A DNA stretch of 64,000 nt from Candidatus Bathyarchaeia archaeon (GTDB lineage Archaea > Thermoproteota > Bathyarchaeia > Bathyarchaeales > Bathycorpusculaceae): the NCBI GenBank assembly GCA_049512075.1, contig JBEKXL010000004.1:64001-128000 (forward strand), in the 5' to 3' direction. This document shows positions 1-9,133 of this stretch, one piece after another. The first letter of the stretch is position 1; every line of letters starts with the position of its first letter. Under the pieces are notes generated by a model. It was not told the origin of the DNA. It worked only from the letters and a program-made list of their open reading frames with translations, and made no database searches. The translations under genes were made by a program, and so were the position numbers.

Positions 1-149
1 TACCTCGACAGAACTGGCAAACATTCAGGGCAGTCCGTAATTCACAGTTTAATGGAGCTAGGTCAAAAGCTAACAACTCGGACTGGACAAAACGGGCACA
101 AGAAGAGTCCATAACACGATAATGCATGCTGGAATCAAAACACAATTAA

Positions 150-980
150 GTGCAATCTCATTTTTCCTCTCTGGACGGTCAATTCACATTGAATACTTGG
201 CGATTGTTGAGACTCGAAACACACAACGCATTCATGAACATGGCTATCGACGAAGCCATCCTGAATGCCAGAATTGAAGGCCATATCACGGATACCCTGA
301 GATTCTTCCGTTGGAAACCCTCCGCAGTTTCAATCGGGAAATTTCAAAAGGTCCAAAACGAGGTGCAACTGGAAAACTGCAAGCAACGAGGCATCGACGT
401 TGTGAGGCGGATCACGGGAGGAGGCACCGTATATCATGACGCCGAGGATGAGATCACCTACAGCGTAGTCGCGAGTAAAGAGAACTTGAAAGCAGACGAC
501 ATAGCCGACGTCTATGAAAGAATCTACACTGGTCTAACCGAAGCGCTGGGTATCTTGGGCGTGACTGCAGACTTCAATGAAGGCAGTGCGAAGGCATGTC
601 CAAACCTGACGGTCAAAGGCAGAAAAATCTCTGGAAGCGCTCAGTGTCACAAGCGCGGAGTCGTCTTGCAGCATGGAACAATCCTTGCCAACGTCAACCT
701 GGAAAAAATGTTCACATACCTGCGTGTTCCCTGGGCCGAAAGCCGCATGCAGGTTGTAAGCGTCGCAAGACGCAAACATACCTCGCTGTACGACGAACTT
801 GGAAAAAATGTTTCACCGGCGGAATTGATTCATGCCCTAAGAGAAGGCTTTGAGCAAGCCTTGGACATAAGAATCGTTAGCGGTGAACTGACACCTCGTG
901 AACGTGAGCTTGCAGAAAGACTTTGCGAACAAAAATACGCTACCGCAGATTGGAATCTCCACTGTGGAAGCAGCAACTGA
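150..980 (+). CDS. lplA: lipoate-protein ligase / octanoyltransferase (LplA/LipM family)
   Basis: NMAIDEAI, RRITGGGTVYHD, GRKISGSAQ and HGT motifs; true start may be TTG at 189. Confidence 0.88.
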   Translation: MQSHFSSLDGQFTLNTWRLLRLETHNAFMNMAIDEAILNARIEGHITDTLRFFRWKPSAVSIGKFQKVQNEVQLENCKQRGIDVVRRITGGGTVYHDAEDEITYSVVASKENLKADDIADVYERIYTGLTEALGILGVTADFNEGSAKACPNLTVKGRKISGSAQCHKRGVVLQHGTILANVNLEKMFTYLRVPWAESRMQVVSVARRKHTSLYDELGKNVSPAELIHALREGFEQALDIRIVSGELTPRERELAERLCEQKYATADWNLHCGSSN

Positions 981-1061
981 CGGCCAACATTCACAACGTC
1001 TTCTCAACGAATCAGCCTTCTAGATAGAAGAAACCAAGGAAAATACAGTTGTCTGTGAGGC

Positions 1062-1613
1062 TCAGTTTCCGCATCTGACACCTAGAGTCTTTGCCAACCG
1101 CTTGAAGGCAGCGTCGCTCATCCACTCAGTTTTGAGGTACTGGCAAATCCTCTCGTCCTTCAATCCCAGTTTTCTTGCTTCTTCAACCGCATAATTGTAA
1201 GCTTCAACTTCAGTGGGTCTTTCCGTGTAACCGTAGTGGCTGTCAAACAGCTCTTTTCCTTCCATCAACTGCTTCACATGAACAAGCTCATGAACCACAT
1301 CGAGGTAAACGTCTATCCTGTCACCCTTGTTTAGGTACTTGGAGTTAACCATGAGATGCCCGTTTGAGGCATTCACCCCCATGTAGCCTCCTGCCCACAT
1401 GAACTGAACCTCAAGATTTCGAAGCACTTCCTCGGTTCTTTCGCCGAAGAGCCTTCTCACAGTCTCGACCTTCTCGAAGCCTTTGAAGTAATCCGGAAAT
1501 GGGTGCGCCGATCCTCTAAAGAGTAAGATCCTGTCAATGCGCACTGCTCGAGCCAGACGCAGCATTCTAAACATCAGGCGCTCACGCCAATCCATGTTTG
1601 CCATGCTCCTCAC
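1062..1613 (-). CDS. hypothetical protein with zincin-like HEXXH motif
   Basis: HELVH followed by a downstream EVEAY glutamate. Confidence 0.55.
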   Translation of the reverse strand: MRSMANMDWRERLMFRMLRLARAVRIDRILLFRGSAHPFPDYFKGFEKVETVRRLFGERTEEVLRNLEVQFMWAGGYMGVNASNGHLMVNSKYLNKGDRIDVYLDVVHELVHVKQLMEGKELFDSHYGYTERPTEVEAYNYAVEEARKLGLKDERICQYLKTEWMSDAAFKRLAKTLGVRCGN

Positions 1614-1656
1614 GTTCCCTCAGCAGCCATGCTTCTTTGTTCATGGATGAATCGAT

Positions 1657-1680
1657 TTAGTGTTTCTCAATTCTCCATTT
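1657..1680 (-). other. displaced native 3' end of cysS (KWRIEKH*)
   Basis: Minus strand reads AAA TGG AGA ATT GAG AAA CAC TAA; joins cysS in frame through the shared TCTCCATTT. Confidence 0.75.
1672..1680 (+). repeat. E1 left att core TCTCCATTT
   Basis: Identical to 12613-12621. Confidence 0.75.
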
Positions 1681-1799
1681 ACTAGGCTTGTAAGCCACGT
1701 TTGAATGTTGGAAAGTGTATGAGAATAACGGTGTTTCATGCACAACCCTTTCAAAATTCCTTTAGTTGTTGTTGTTTGAGGTAAATAATAATATAAACC

Positions 1800-2927
1800 C
1801 TATCCTCTCGTTTCCTGATTTGTCACTTGCGGGTCCGTCTTAAGCTCACGGATGCCATGCCCCACAGTGGTTTCAGCATACTTGCCATGTGCCCGTTTGC
1901 ATGGAGCACAGAAGCCGCTCCTCTGAACTGACAGGTTGTGCCTGTCAACATGCAGCAGCGGAGTTCTGCTTGAACGGTGAAACCTGCTTGCAAGTTGCAC
2001 GTAACCCATGCCTTCCTCAACGTACGCTAAAATCATCGAAACATGCTCCGCATCACCGACGGTTTTGAAGCGCCCCCTATCAACGGACTCCGTCAACATT
2101 TCGCTATACTCGATTCGGAAGCCTAAGTTTCGCAGTATGTCCTCATTGGCTGTTTTGTGCCATGGAATCTCCTTAAAGACTCCGTAGCCTATTGCTCCTC
2201 GGCGTGACAGTACAACGAACCTTTGCGGCTGCATGTCTCGCAGCATGTTGGCAGAAACAAACTTGTACATCCACCGCAAATCTTTGCCTAAACCTGGCGC
2301 TCCCTGGGACTTCAAAAACGTGAAGTCCGCAACGGTTCGCACATCAACATCAACGCTTGAGAATCGCAGACTGTCCAAGCCCATCGAAACACCCAAATGA
2401 CGACTCTCGCGAAGCAGATATGCAACTTGACTTTTTGCCTCCAACTGATTTTCGGAGACCCTCAACCTCGAATAGAACAAGTTTGCCGCTTCCCTCGCGA
2501 CACAATAGATCAGTTTTGAATAGTGCAGTCTTCTGTACATAACGTCAAGTGTGTGAGCGCCTGCCGAAAACTCTTGAGCTATGTTCGCGAACATCGGACT
2601 TGCAGAGATAATCATGTTGTACGTGTTAAGATCATGCAATGTCAACGAGTCTGCAACTCGCGTTTCATAGGAACAGCTAACATCCACGTTTTCGCCTTTG
2701 AGCAACAGAATTTTTGCGTCTGTTGCAGCGGGACTTCTCAACCATGCCAAGCCCTCGCCGTCCCTGCTGCCGAAGAGGTCTAGGATGGAGTGGCCGCGTT
2801 CGATGAAGGATTCTCCGATGCTTTCAAGCAAACTGCTTTTTCCAGACCCTCTCGTACCCAACACAAAGAAAACTGACGGTGCATCATAATTAATAACGTC
2901 TTTACCCCTGCACCATCGCACAATCAC
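1800..2927 (-). CDS. P-loop NTPase, FtsK/HerA/A32-like (packaging/extrusion-type), with C-terminal HTH-like and CxxC region
   Basis: Walker A GTRGSGKS, atypical Walker B CVAREA, ESRH arginine-finger-like motif. Confidence 0.6.
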   Translation of the reverse strand: MIVRWCRGKDVINYDAPSVFFVLGTRGSGKSSLLESIGESFIERGHSILDLFGSRDGEGLAWLRSPAATDAKILLLKGENVDVSCSYETRVADSLTLHDLNTYNMIISASPMFANIAQEFSAGAHTLDVMYRRLHYSKLIYCVAREAANLFYSRLRVSENQLEAKSQVAYLLRESRHLGVSMGLDSLRFSSVDVDVRTVADFTFLKSQGAPGLGKDLRWMYKFVSANMLRDMQPQRFVVLSRRGAIGYGVFKEIPWHKTANEDILRNLGFRIEYSEMLTESVDRGRFKTVGDAEHVSMILAYVEEGMGYVQLASRFHRSSRTPLLHVDRHNLSVQRSGFCAPCKRAHGKYAETTVGHGIRELKTDPQVTNQETRG

Positions 2928-3364
2928 TTTTCAGAACCGCCTTTTTCGTCTTCGTCTTTCTGTTGTTGTTCCAAATCTTTGAAGTTTCCTGCACCAACTG
3001 GCTCCCAGAACCGCTCTAAATATCCATGTGCCCACAAACTATCTTTGTAGAGGCTAAGCAGCCTTCGCGTTTCGCCGTACAGAAATTTTCTGCAGATCGC
3101 GTTAAACTTATCGTTTGAGACGCCTATGCCGTTAATCGGGCTGTAGGTTTGACGCTTGATTCTGACGATGGTTTGCTGTGCTCTGTCAAAGTCTGCTTTA
3201 CATTCGTGCACGACTTCTGGCGGCGCTACACTATTCAAAGTTTTAATGCACTCCCACGCGCCGACGCTGTTTCCATTGTTCATTTGGCTCACGACATCAT
3301 GCAGAGCTGCCACTAACAAGCTTTGATATGGCGGCTGGTAATTTCGCCGCTCAGGTTCACTCAT
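2924..3364 (-). CDS. hypothetical protein (E1)
   Basis: 146-aa ORF whose stop overlaps the ATPase start. Confidence 0.65.
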   Translation of the reverse strand: MSEPERRNYQPPYQSLLVAALHDVVSQMNNGNSVGAWECIKTLNSVAPPEVVHECKADFDRAQQTIVRIKRQTYSPINGIGVSNDKFNAICRKFLYGETRRLLSLYKDSLWAHGYLERFWEPVGAGNFKDLEQQQKDEDEKGGSEK

Positions 3365-3406
3365 TCTGACGATTCACCTCTTCCTTTTTGTTTTTCAATC
3401 ACACAC

Positions 3407-3592
3407 TCACTTTCTATTTCTTTTTCTCGGCACAGTCGGATTTTGATGGTAAGACTTATGCTCGGTCGCGTTTGCGAGTTCGCGCTCAAAATGCCGTCGG
3501 ATTATTGGATGTGCCTGAACCGTGTCCTGTGCTGCTTTAACTCGTTTCGCTGTGTAGCTTTCGACTGTTTCTTTCCTCACCAAATTTATCAC
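3407..3592 (-). CDS. small basic hypothetical protein (E1)
   Basis: Part of a tightly packed minus-strand operon, GAGGGGG upstream. Confidence 0.5.
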   Translation of the reverse strand: MINLVRKETVESYTAKRVKAAQDTVQAHPIIRRHFERELANATEHKSYHQNPTVPRKRNRK

Positions 3593-3598
3593 CCCCCT

Positions 3599-3787
3599 CT
3601 AAATCGTGTAAGCTTTGCTACCGTCACGCTCTCCAAGTTGTTTCTTAATCTGTTCTCGCTGCCTTTCCAGTTCCAAGCGAAGCTTTGTCTCACACAAGTC
3701 AAGCTTCATAGATTCTAAAGCCAAACGGTCAAACCTGTCTGTCATCCTTCTGTTTTTGCGTCTATGTTTCAGCCAAGCATTGAACAT
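3599..3787 (-). CDS. small coiled-coil hypothetical protein (E1)
   Basis: ATG directly follows the previous stop. Confidence 0.55.
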   Translation of the reverse strand: MFNAWLKHRRKNRRMTDRFDRLALESMKLDLCETKLRLELERQREQIKKQLGERDGSKAYTI

Positions 3788-4096
3788 CTATCTCTTCCTC
3801 CGCTTAGAAGCTGGTTTGCCAGCGAACACTGTGCCCAAATTGTCAACTCGGTGGCTGACCTTCTGTGTGCGTTGGGTGAAAGTTGGCCTCGGTTTAGGAC
3901 GCGCTGCACGTGGCAAAGGTGTATGATGGATTGGTTCGCTTGAGGGTGAGTAAACAATGATTTTCTGCCTTGGCAGATAATTGACCCTATGTTGCGGTTG
4001 CTTCGGTTGCTCTTGCGTCGTCTCTTGTGAAGTGTCGCTCTCGGAAGATTTCCAAACCTTGCCATTGCGTTTCTTTCTCCATGCTGAACCCGACAT
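3788..4096 (-). CDS. basic low-complexity hypothetical protein (E1)
   Basis: Abuts both neighbours; Lys/Arg/Pro rich. Confidence 0.5.
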   Translation of the reverse strand: MSGSAWRKKRNGKVWKSSESDTSQETTQEQPKQPQHRVNYLPRQKIIVYSPSSEPIHHTPLPRAARPKPRPTFTQRTQKVSHRVDNLGTVFAGKPASKRRKR

Positions 4097-4098
4097 GC

Positions 4099-4245
4099 CT
4101 AATCAACCTCTTCAACGGTCACTTCATAATCTCGCAACTTCGCTTTAGCGTGGATTTCAGCCGCAAGCCTCTGGCACTCCAACAAGACACGCCGTCGCGC
4201 CCTCTCTTCGACGCTGATAGGCTCAACCACATCAGACCCACTCAT
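4099..4245 (-). CDS. 48-aa hypothetical protein MSGSDVVEPISVEERARRRVLLECQRLAAEIHAKAKLRDYEVTVEEVD (below track cutoff)
   Basis: Translated by hand; ATGA overlap with the upstream gene; fills the operon gap. Confidence 0.55.
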   Translation of the reverse strand: MSGSDVVEPISVEERARRRVLLECQRLAAEIHAKAKLRDYEVTVEEVD

Positions 4246-4604
4246 TCTTCATTTTCCTCTGAATCAGCAGAATCAATGAAGGCAAATTCCTCGAAGCATT
4301 TGGTATGCGCATAGGCTCTCCTCATTCCCCGGACGCGTCCGTGTTGGCGTTTCGATTCTTGATAGGATAAAGGTCGGTATCGATGCCCTTTGTCCTCTGA
4401 AACCCATAACCGTTTCGAAACTTTAGGCTCATTCGGCTGGATAATTCTGTGACAATAGCGGCATACTTTTGGTGGACTTGTGCGTGTGTGCTTTTTGGGT
4501 TTCTCTTTACTACTCGTTACCGTGTTACTGAGTTTACCGAGTTCCTCCAGAGCGCAGGCATCTTTTTGAGTGTTTTCTCCATGCTTTTCTTCCATTGTGT
4601 CCAT
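4242..4604 (-). CDS. small zinc-finger protein (CxxC...HxxC)
   Basis: CRYC ... AHTKCFE. Confidence 0.6.
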   Translation of the reverse strand: MDTMEEKHGENTQKDACALEELGKLSNTVTSSKEKPKKHTRTSPPKVCRYCHRIIQPNEPKVSKRLWVSEDKGHRYRPLSYQESKRQHGRVRGMRRAYAHTKCFEEFAFIDSADSEENEE

Positions 4605-4662
4605 GCTTTTCCCCCCCTACGCTCCTTCGGAACTTAGTAAACTTGGTAACTTGGTAACGAGT
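4512..4662. repeat. 34-bp imperfect inverted repeat built of GTTAC-like iterons, putative E1 origin
   Basis: 4512-4545 matches the reverse complement of 4629-4662 at 28/34 positions. Confidence 0.65.
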
Positions 4663-6735
4663 TCGTAACCGTACTTCTTTGCTACCCGCCGAAGCTTTTC
4701 TAAAGGAAAAAGGTAGCTTTTGGTTGACGCCCAGTGGCCTTCAGAATCCTTTTCTCTTATGACCTTTGTTTCACCGCTAAGTATCTCTCTGAGCCTATAG
4801 CCCACCCTGTTCTTTGTGATTATTCCAAAGTCGCCAGTATCCATCTCGTTGGGTTTGTTCTCGTTCACTCGACCATTCAACTCGTAACCTAGCTCCTGCC
4901 ATATAGTTCTGAAGGGCAAAGACTCGATGACAAACTTAGCTTCATTGTGGAGGTCTACGACGACCTTAACGATTTTTCCCTCTAACGTGTCCTGCCTGCC
5001 GCTCAACCTAGCTTTGCTCTGCTCATCCACAAACTTGAACAGGTTATCATAGAATGGCAGGCCAACTGTAATTTGTAGAAGAGGCTTCCAGAGTTCCTTG
5101 AGCCTCCCTTTTACGGCAAGTTCAACAGCAGGCAGCTCTAAGCCTCGGGTTTCCATCCGCCATTTCAGAAGCATGTTTCTAAGGGTCTGCATCCGCGCTT
5201 TGTCTTCCTTCGTTAAATCAGCCCATTCTTTTCGCGGGGACCCTTCAACCATTGCGATGAAGAGGAATCTCTCGTTAAATCCCTTCACTTGGGGTATCTG
5301 CTCGCTGGCGCATGATTTGAAACAGAAGGTTCGATAATACTTGATTATCCTGTCGAAACTTGTTATCAGGGTTCTAGGAACCACTGCTCCCGCCTTGTAT
5401 CCGGCTTTGTAAATCTTGATTTTGTCCGTGTCTTTGTGGATGCCTTGCACTTCGTCTTCAAGTATGCAGCCCTGCCCATCAGAATCTTCTAGGTATCCGT
5501 AGAGGTCAGCGGAGGGGATTGTCACGCCGTACATTGGGCGGTAGGACAGGTTCTTTAAGACGTTGAGGACGGTGGATTTTCCGCTTTCATTGTCACCGTA
5601 CAAGAAGAGATAGGGGACTGTAGTAAGCTTCTCTTGTTGATAGGTCAACATGACACATGCGGTTAGAACGTCCTTCCAAATTGGCTCTACATCAACCCAG
5701 GTTTCAAACTCGTCGCGGATCTGTGCGGCTAATTCTTTTTGGCTGGGTGTCTGTCCGATGATGTATCCGTAAGGCTCGTATGGGACATTCTGCATTTCCT
5801 TTGGAGCAAAGGTTTCCTCGCATATGTCTACAGTTTCGATTAGACTGAAGTCTCCGCCATTCAACTTTAGAAAGAAGGGTCTTCCATCATTGTAGACAGC
5901 TTCGAAGCACCCTTCTGCTAGTATGCCCGAGTCCTTCAGTTTCCGCCGTGTTTTCTTCTCGACTGGCTCGGCTATGTTGTCAGTCTTGCTTTTTCTTGCG
6001 AGAGCGTTTTCTACCATGCGTTTTAAGTCGGCCTCATTCATGGGAGGATCGTTTAGTTTGTTCCATTCTTGCATGGCATGAAAGGCTGTTGCCGCATCGA
6101 ATGTTTGAACTCCAACTAGATAGTTAGCGAATTTTATGCCTTGCGCGTGTCTTGTGCCCTGCGGAACTCCTTTTCGCATTTGCTCAAAAGTAATGGGCTG
6201 TTTAGGATCACTGCCTAAGTAGGGTTCAAAAAGCTTCATAAAATCGTCATACCGCATTTTTGCGAAGGGACGGTCTTGGGTGATCGTGTAAGTTCCTATT
6301 TTAGGCTCACTGGTCCTCAAGTCTCTGTAGTGAATTTCTGTTCCTGGAGCTACCAAGTAATAGTTTTGCGCTCGAATTTCTCCGCACCCTTCATCTTCGC
6401 CCTTCAAGTGCAAAGTTTTGTTTTGAACCTGTCCGCCTTCGACAACAACATAGAAATGAGTTAGTCCGCGGCGGGGGCTGCGAACCTCAAACGTGGGGGG
6501 GGAGAATCTGTCTTAGTATTGTGTCCATGCTCACTTTATCCGCGTCAACGAGAACTAACCCGTCTCTGCCGCATATTCCCCAGCAAGGCCAACCCTTCAT
6601 TTCTTGCGGCGTGTACAGTCTGTTTTGCCATTCAGATTCAAACGCTGCTTTTTCATCATTAAGTTTCAAGAATCTTCGTGTGTCGAATCCGGCTTCTTGG
6701 AGTCGTTGGATTAATGTCTGTTGCTCAGCATTCAA
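4617..6735 (-). CDS. Prim-Pol (AEP) - PriCT - P-loop replication protein, frameshifted at a G8/C8 tract (6495-6502)
   Basis: LVDAD motif in 6487-6735; removing one C gives ...ILPPTFEVRSPRRGLTHFYV...EIRAQNYYLVAPG; PriCT-like GTRH...EWN..NDPPM; Walker A GDNESGKST. Confidence 0.75.
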
Positions 6736-6753
6736 AAGGAAGAAGCCCCCAGG

Positions 6754-7056
6754 CTACTTTGGGATTGTAAAGTGTGACGCTCGACCTGCGCTCACGTAAC
6801 TCCCGTTGTATTCACGGACAATCTTAGAGAGTTCTGCAAATGTTGACGGTTGTAAGAAAGCGCGGGGGCGAATTTCCCAGTTGGTTATCATGTCGGAAAC
6901 CGTAACAAGCTCAGACAGGTTTTCAGGGAAAACAGGAGGTTTGATGTTGCTTGGAATCTTTGCCGGTTCACCGACTTTTTGAACATGTAATTTTCCCTCA
7001 TAGAACTTTTGTCCAATCTTCACAAGTATCTCGATTTCTTGAGCCTGTTCGCTCAT
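6754..7056 (-). CDS. conserved ~100-aa element protein, homolog of 48121-48411
   Basis: Shared KIGxxFYEGKLHxQKVGxPAKxPSN and YVSAGxxSHFxIPK. Confidence 0.8.
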   Translation of the reverse strand: MSEQAQEIEILVKIGQKFYEGKLHVQKVGEPAKIPSNIKPPVFPENLSELVTVSDMITNWEIRPRAFLQPSTFAELSKIVREYNGSYVSAGRASHFTIPK

Positions 7057-7157
7057 GCTAATTCACCACGAAGGACTTTTCGGGCCTCTGAAAGTTGTTC
7101 CTGCAAACTCGCAAGCAACTCTCTGACCTTGGCAAGCTTTTCCGCGTCGCTAGACAT
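7053..7157 (-). CDS. 34-aa coiled-coil peptide MSSDAEKLAKVRELLASLQEQLSEARKVLRGELA
   Basis: Translated by hand; starts right after the RHH stop and ends in an ATGA overlap. Confidence 0.55.
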   Translation of the reverse strand: MSSDAEKLAKVRELLASLQEQLSEARKVLRGELA

Positions 7158-7343
7158 TTACGTTATCACCTTGACGCCTAATGCTTTCTTGTCGTCAGCC
7201 GACAGGTATGATAGGCTGGCAAGCTCTTTTCGGACGGCCCGTCTGACAAAATCGCTTAGATCTTCGCCTCTGGACTTTGAAACTTTTTTTAGTAAGTCCT
7301 TGTCTTCTACGCTGATTCGTACACCAATTATGCAGTTGCTCAT
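7158..7343 (-). CDS. ribbon-helix-helix (CopG-like) regulator
   Basis: IGVRISVEDKDLLKKVSKSRGEDLSDFVRRAV pattern. Confidence 0.8.
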   Translation of the reverse strand: MSNCIIGVRISVEDKDLLKKVSKSRGEDLSDFVRRAVRKELASLSYLSADDKKALGVKVIT

Positions 7344-7396
7344 AGTTTGACACTGTCAAACTTTAAATAGATAAGTCTAGTAGCTTACTAAGTAAG
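7344..7396. promoter_or_regulatory. divergent promoter/operator region of E1
   Basis: Perfect palindrome AGTTTGACA-C-TGTCAAACT (7344-7362), TTTAAA box, CTTACT-A-AGTAAG (7384-7396). Confidence 0.65.
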
Positions 7397-7404
7397 GTGA
7401 AAAA

Positions 7405-8202
7405 GTGAAACCCGGCGAATACAAAATCGTAGCACACCTAATGAATGAATATCCAAAAGGCTTAACATTCACAGAACTGAAGGAGAAAACAGGCCTTTCA
7501 GCTCCATCACTCAACGAGTACCGGGTGAGCCTACTCAAAGACGGAATGATTCTGTACAATCCAGCAACGAGACAGTATTCAGTCGCAGCTGCGTATCATC
7601 CAACAGAAAAAGTGTCCACTCACCTAAAACGCAACTTGTCCTATTTGCTCAGTGACATGCCATTTGAAGGCAGTAGAATCGCAATGGTTAAGGATGTTGA
7701 ACTGCGAAAGAGGATCTTCATTAGTTTCCTGTCTTACCATTTGAGCAATGTTTCTGTGTTGGTTCTCGCTGCTATAAGTGATGCGTTGGATCAAACGCTT
7801 GGGCAAAACAAGAAGGCAAAGTATGTAGTTGAAGAAAAGCTTGAATCAGGAAAAAAGGACAAAACGAAGGAGGTGAAAGCATTCTTCAACTATTGGGAAG
7901 GCGAATTAAGTCAGTTCCATTCTGTAATGAATGATAGGATGCAAAACTGGATAATTCCATATATTCAAATGATGGCGTTAGCCGATTTTGGCAATGCAGA
8001 CTTGGGTATGAAACGGATAATTGAGGAATTGACGAAGCGGTTCAGTCCTGAAGCAGAAGAAACCACTCTTTGGTTCCGCGAACTCGAGGCACTGGACCAT
8101 GAGTTCGCAAGTAAGAATCCTGAATTTGCGGAGTTAAAAAGGCAGGCAGATGACCTTAGGAGAGAACGAGCATACGCGCATGAAAATGAAAAGAAGGAAT
8201 AG
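7405..8202 (+). CDS. winged-HTH transcription regulator (putative repressor)
   Basis: GLTFTELKEKTGLSAPSLNEYRVSLLKDGMI at the N-terminus. Confidence 0.7.
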   Translation: MKPGEYKIVAHLMNEYPKGLTFTELKEKTGLSAPSLNEYRVSLLKDGMILYNPATRQYSVAAAYHPTEKVSTHLKRNLSYLLSDMPFEGSRIAMVKDVELRKRIFISFLSYHLSNVSVLVLAAISDALDQTLGQNKKAKYVVEEKLESGKKDKTKEVKAFFNYWEGELSQFHSVMNDRMQNWIIPYIQMMALADFGNADLGMKRIIEELTKRFSPEAEETTLWFRELEALDHEFASKNPEFAELKRQADDLRRERAYAHENEKKE

Positions 8203-8204
8203 GC

Positions 8205-8720
8205 ATGGTGTCCAAAGACGCAACGTATCGTAAGCTCTACGCCACGTGGATCAAAAAGTGGACGATGGAGTGTGCTGTGAAAGGCCTCTCAAAATCAAAG
8301 GCGAAAGAAGAGATAGACTTTCAGCTATCAAAAGAGACTCTGCGACTTGGCGCTAGTGCGCGCGCTAAATATACGATAAAGGAGACTCTGCGACTTCAAG
8401 GAGTTACAATTTACGGTTTAGAGGAAACTTACTATTGTGAGCGTTTTTTGTGCCATGAAAGGACAAACATTATGGCCTGCATGGACCGAGAACCACCTAA
8501 TGTTGGACGTATGGTTTGTCCTAAGCATTTGGAAGAGCTGAAAAGAGAGTACGTTGCCCAGAATAAACCAACGTTAGAGGAACGTGAGAATTTGCAGTCA
8601 ATGAAGAAATTAGAAGAGTCCGAAGCCAGATGGTGGTTTGAAGAAGAGGTCACTAAGAAGCTCTCATCGAAGCCTACTAATCACGGAAAGGGGCGGCGGA
8701 AAACACGCAGAAATTCCTAA
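8205..8720 (+). CDS. hypothetical protein with Cys/His cluster (E1)
   Basis: 171-aa ORF 2 bp after the previous stop; CERFLC...CPKH. Confidence 0.6.
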   Translation: MVSKDATYRKLYATWIKKWTMECAVKGLSKSKAKEEIDFQLSKETLRLGASARAKYTIKETLRLQGVTIYGLEETYYCERFLCHERTNIMACMDREPPNVGRMVCPKHLEELKREYVAQNKPTLEERENLQSMKKLEESEARWWFEEEVTKKLSSKPTNHGKGRRKTRRNS

Positions 8721-8747
8721 GAGTGCCCTTGAGCCACGCGCTCACCC

Positions 8748-8859
8748 TGTTCGGACTGCGAACAAATTAAAATCGTTTACTAACCAATTATTAACCCCAC
8801 AGTTAAATTTATAAGCTCACAACACACAATAAGCTAACAAGGAGAAAAGAGAAAATGAA
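8748..8859 (+). promoter_or_regulatory. conserved promoter/operator/RBS module shared with E2 (46702-46821, minus strand)
   Basis: TGTTCG-N5-CGAACA, AACCAATTATTAA and a 21-nt identical AAGGAGAAAAGAGAAAATGAA. Confidence 0.7.
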
Positions 8860-9133
8860 TTTGTACCTAACACTAGACGAAGAAGGAACAAAGCGCTTCC
8901 AAGCGGTCAAGAAACACACTGGCATGAAGGCCAACAAGAATGTTATGGCTTACTTAATCTACAAGGAATACAGGAGAACACAAACTGGTCACAGGTTGTT
9001 TTTGGGAAGCGAAAGCTACGCTATGGTGGAGAAGGCTGCTGAGGCTAAGGGTGAAAGCATCGAGGAGTTTGTTGAAAACCTTATCGAAAGTGAGATCAAG
9101 AAGGCTGAGGAAGGCGAGAAGCATGAAAACTGA
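8855..9133 (+). CDS. tandem RHH-like DNA-binding protein
   Basis: Two strand-helix-helix patterns, e.g. LFLGSESYAMVEKAAEAKGESIEEFVENLI. Confidence 0.6.
   Translation: MNLYLTLDEEGTKRFQAVKKHTGMKANKNVMAYLIYKEYRRTQTGHRLFLGSESYAMVEKAAEAKGESIEEFVENLIESEIKKAEEGEKHEN

Noticed and set aside
1-114. Possible 3' end of an upstream gene
   Set aside because: Too short to determine frame or product.
1683-1692. TAGGCTT or GCTTGTA as the E1 att core (also at 12595-12606)
   Set aside because: Shorter than TCTCCATTT; TAGGCTT would give a duplicated KWR..KWR tail; both are better explained as parts of the attP arms.
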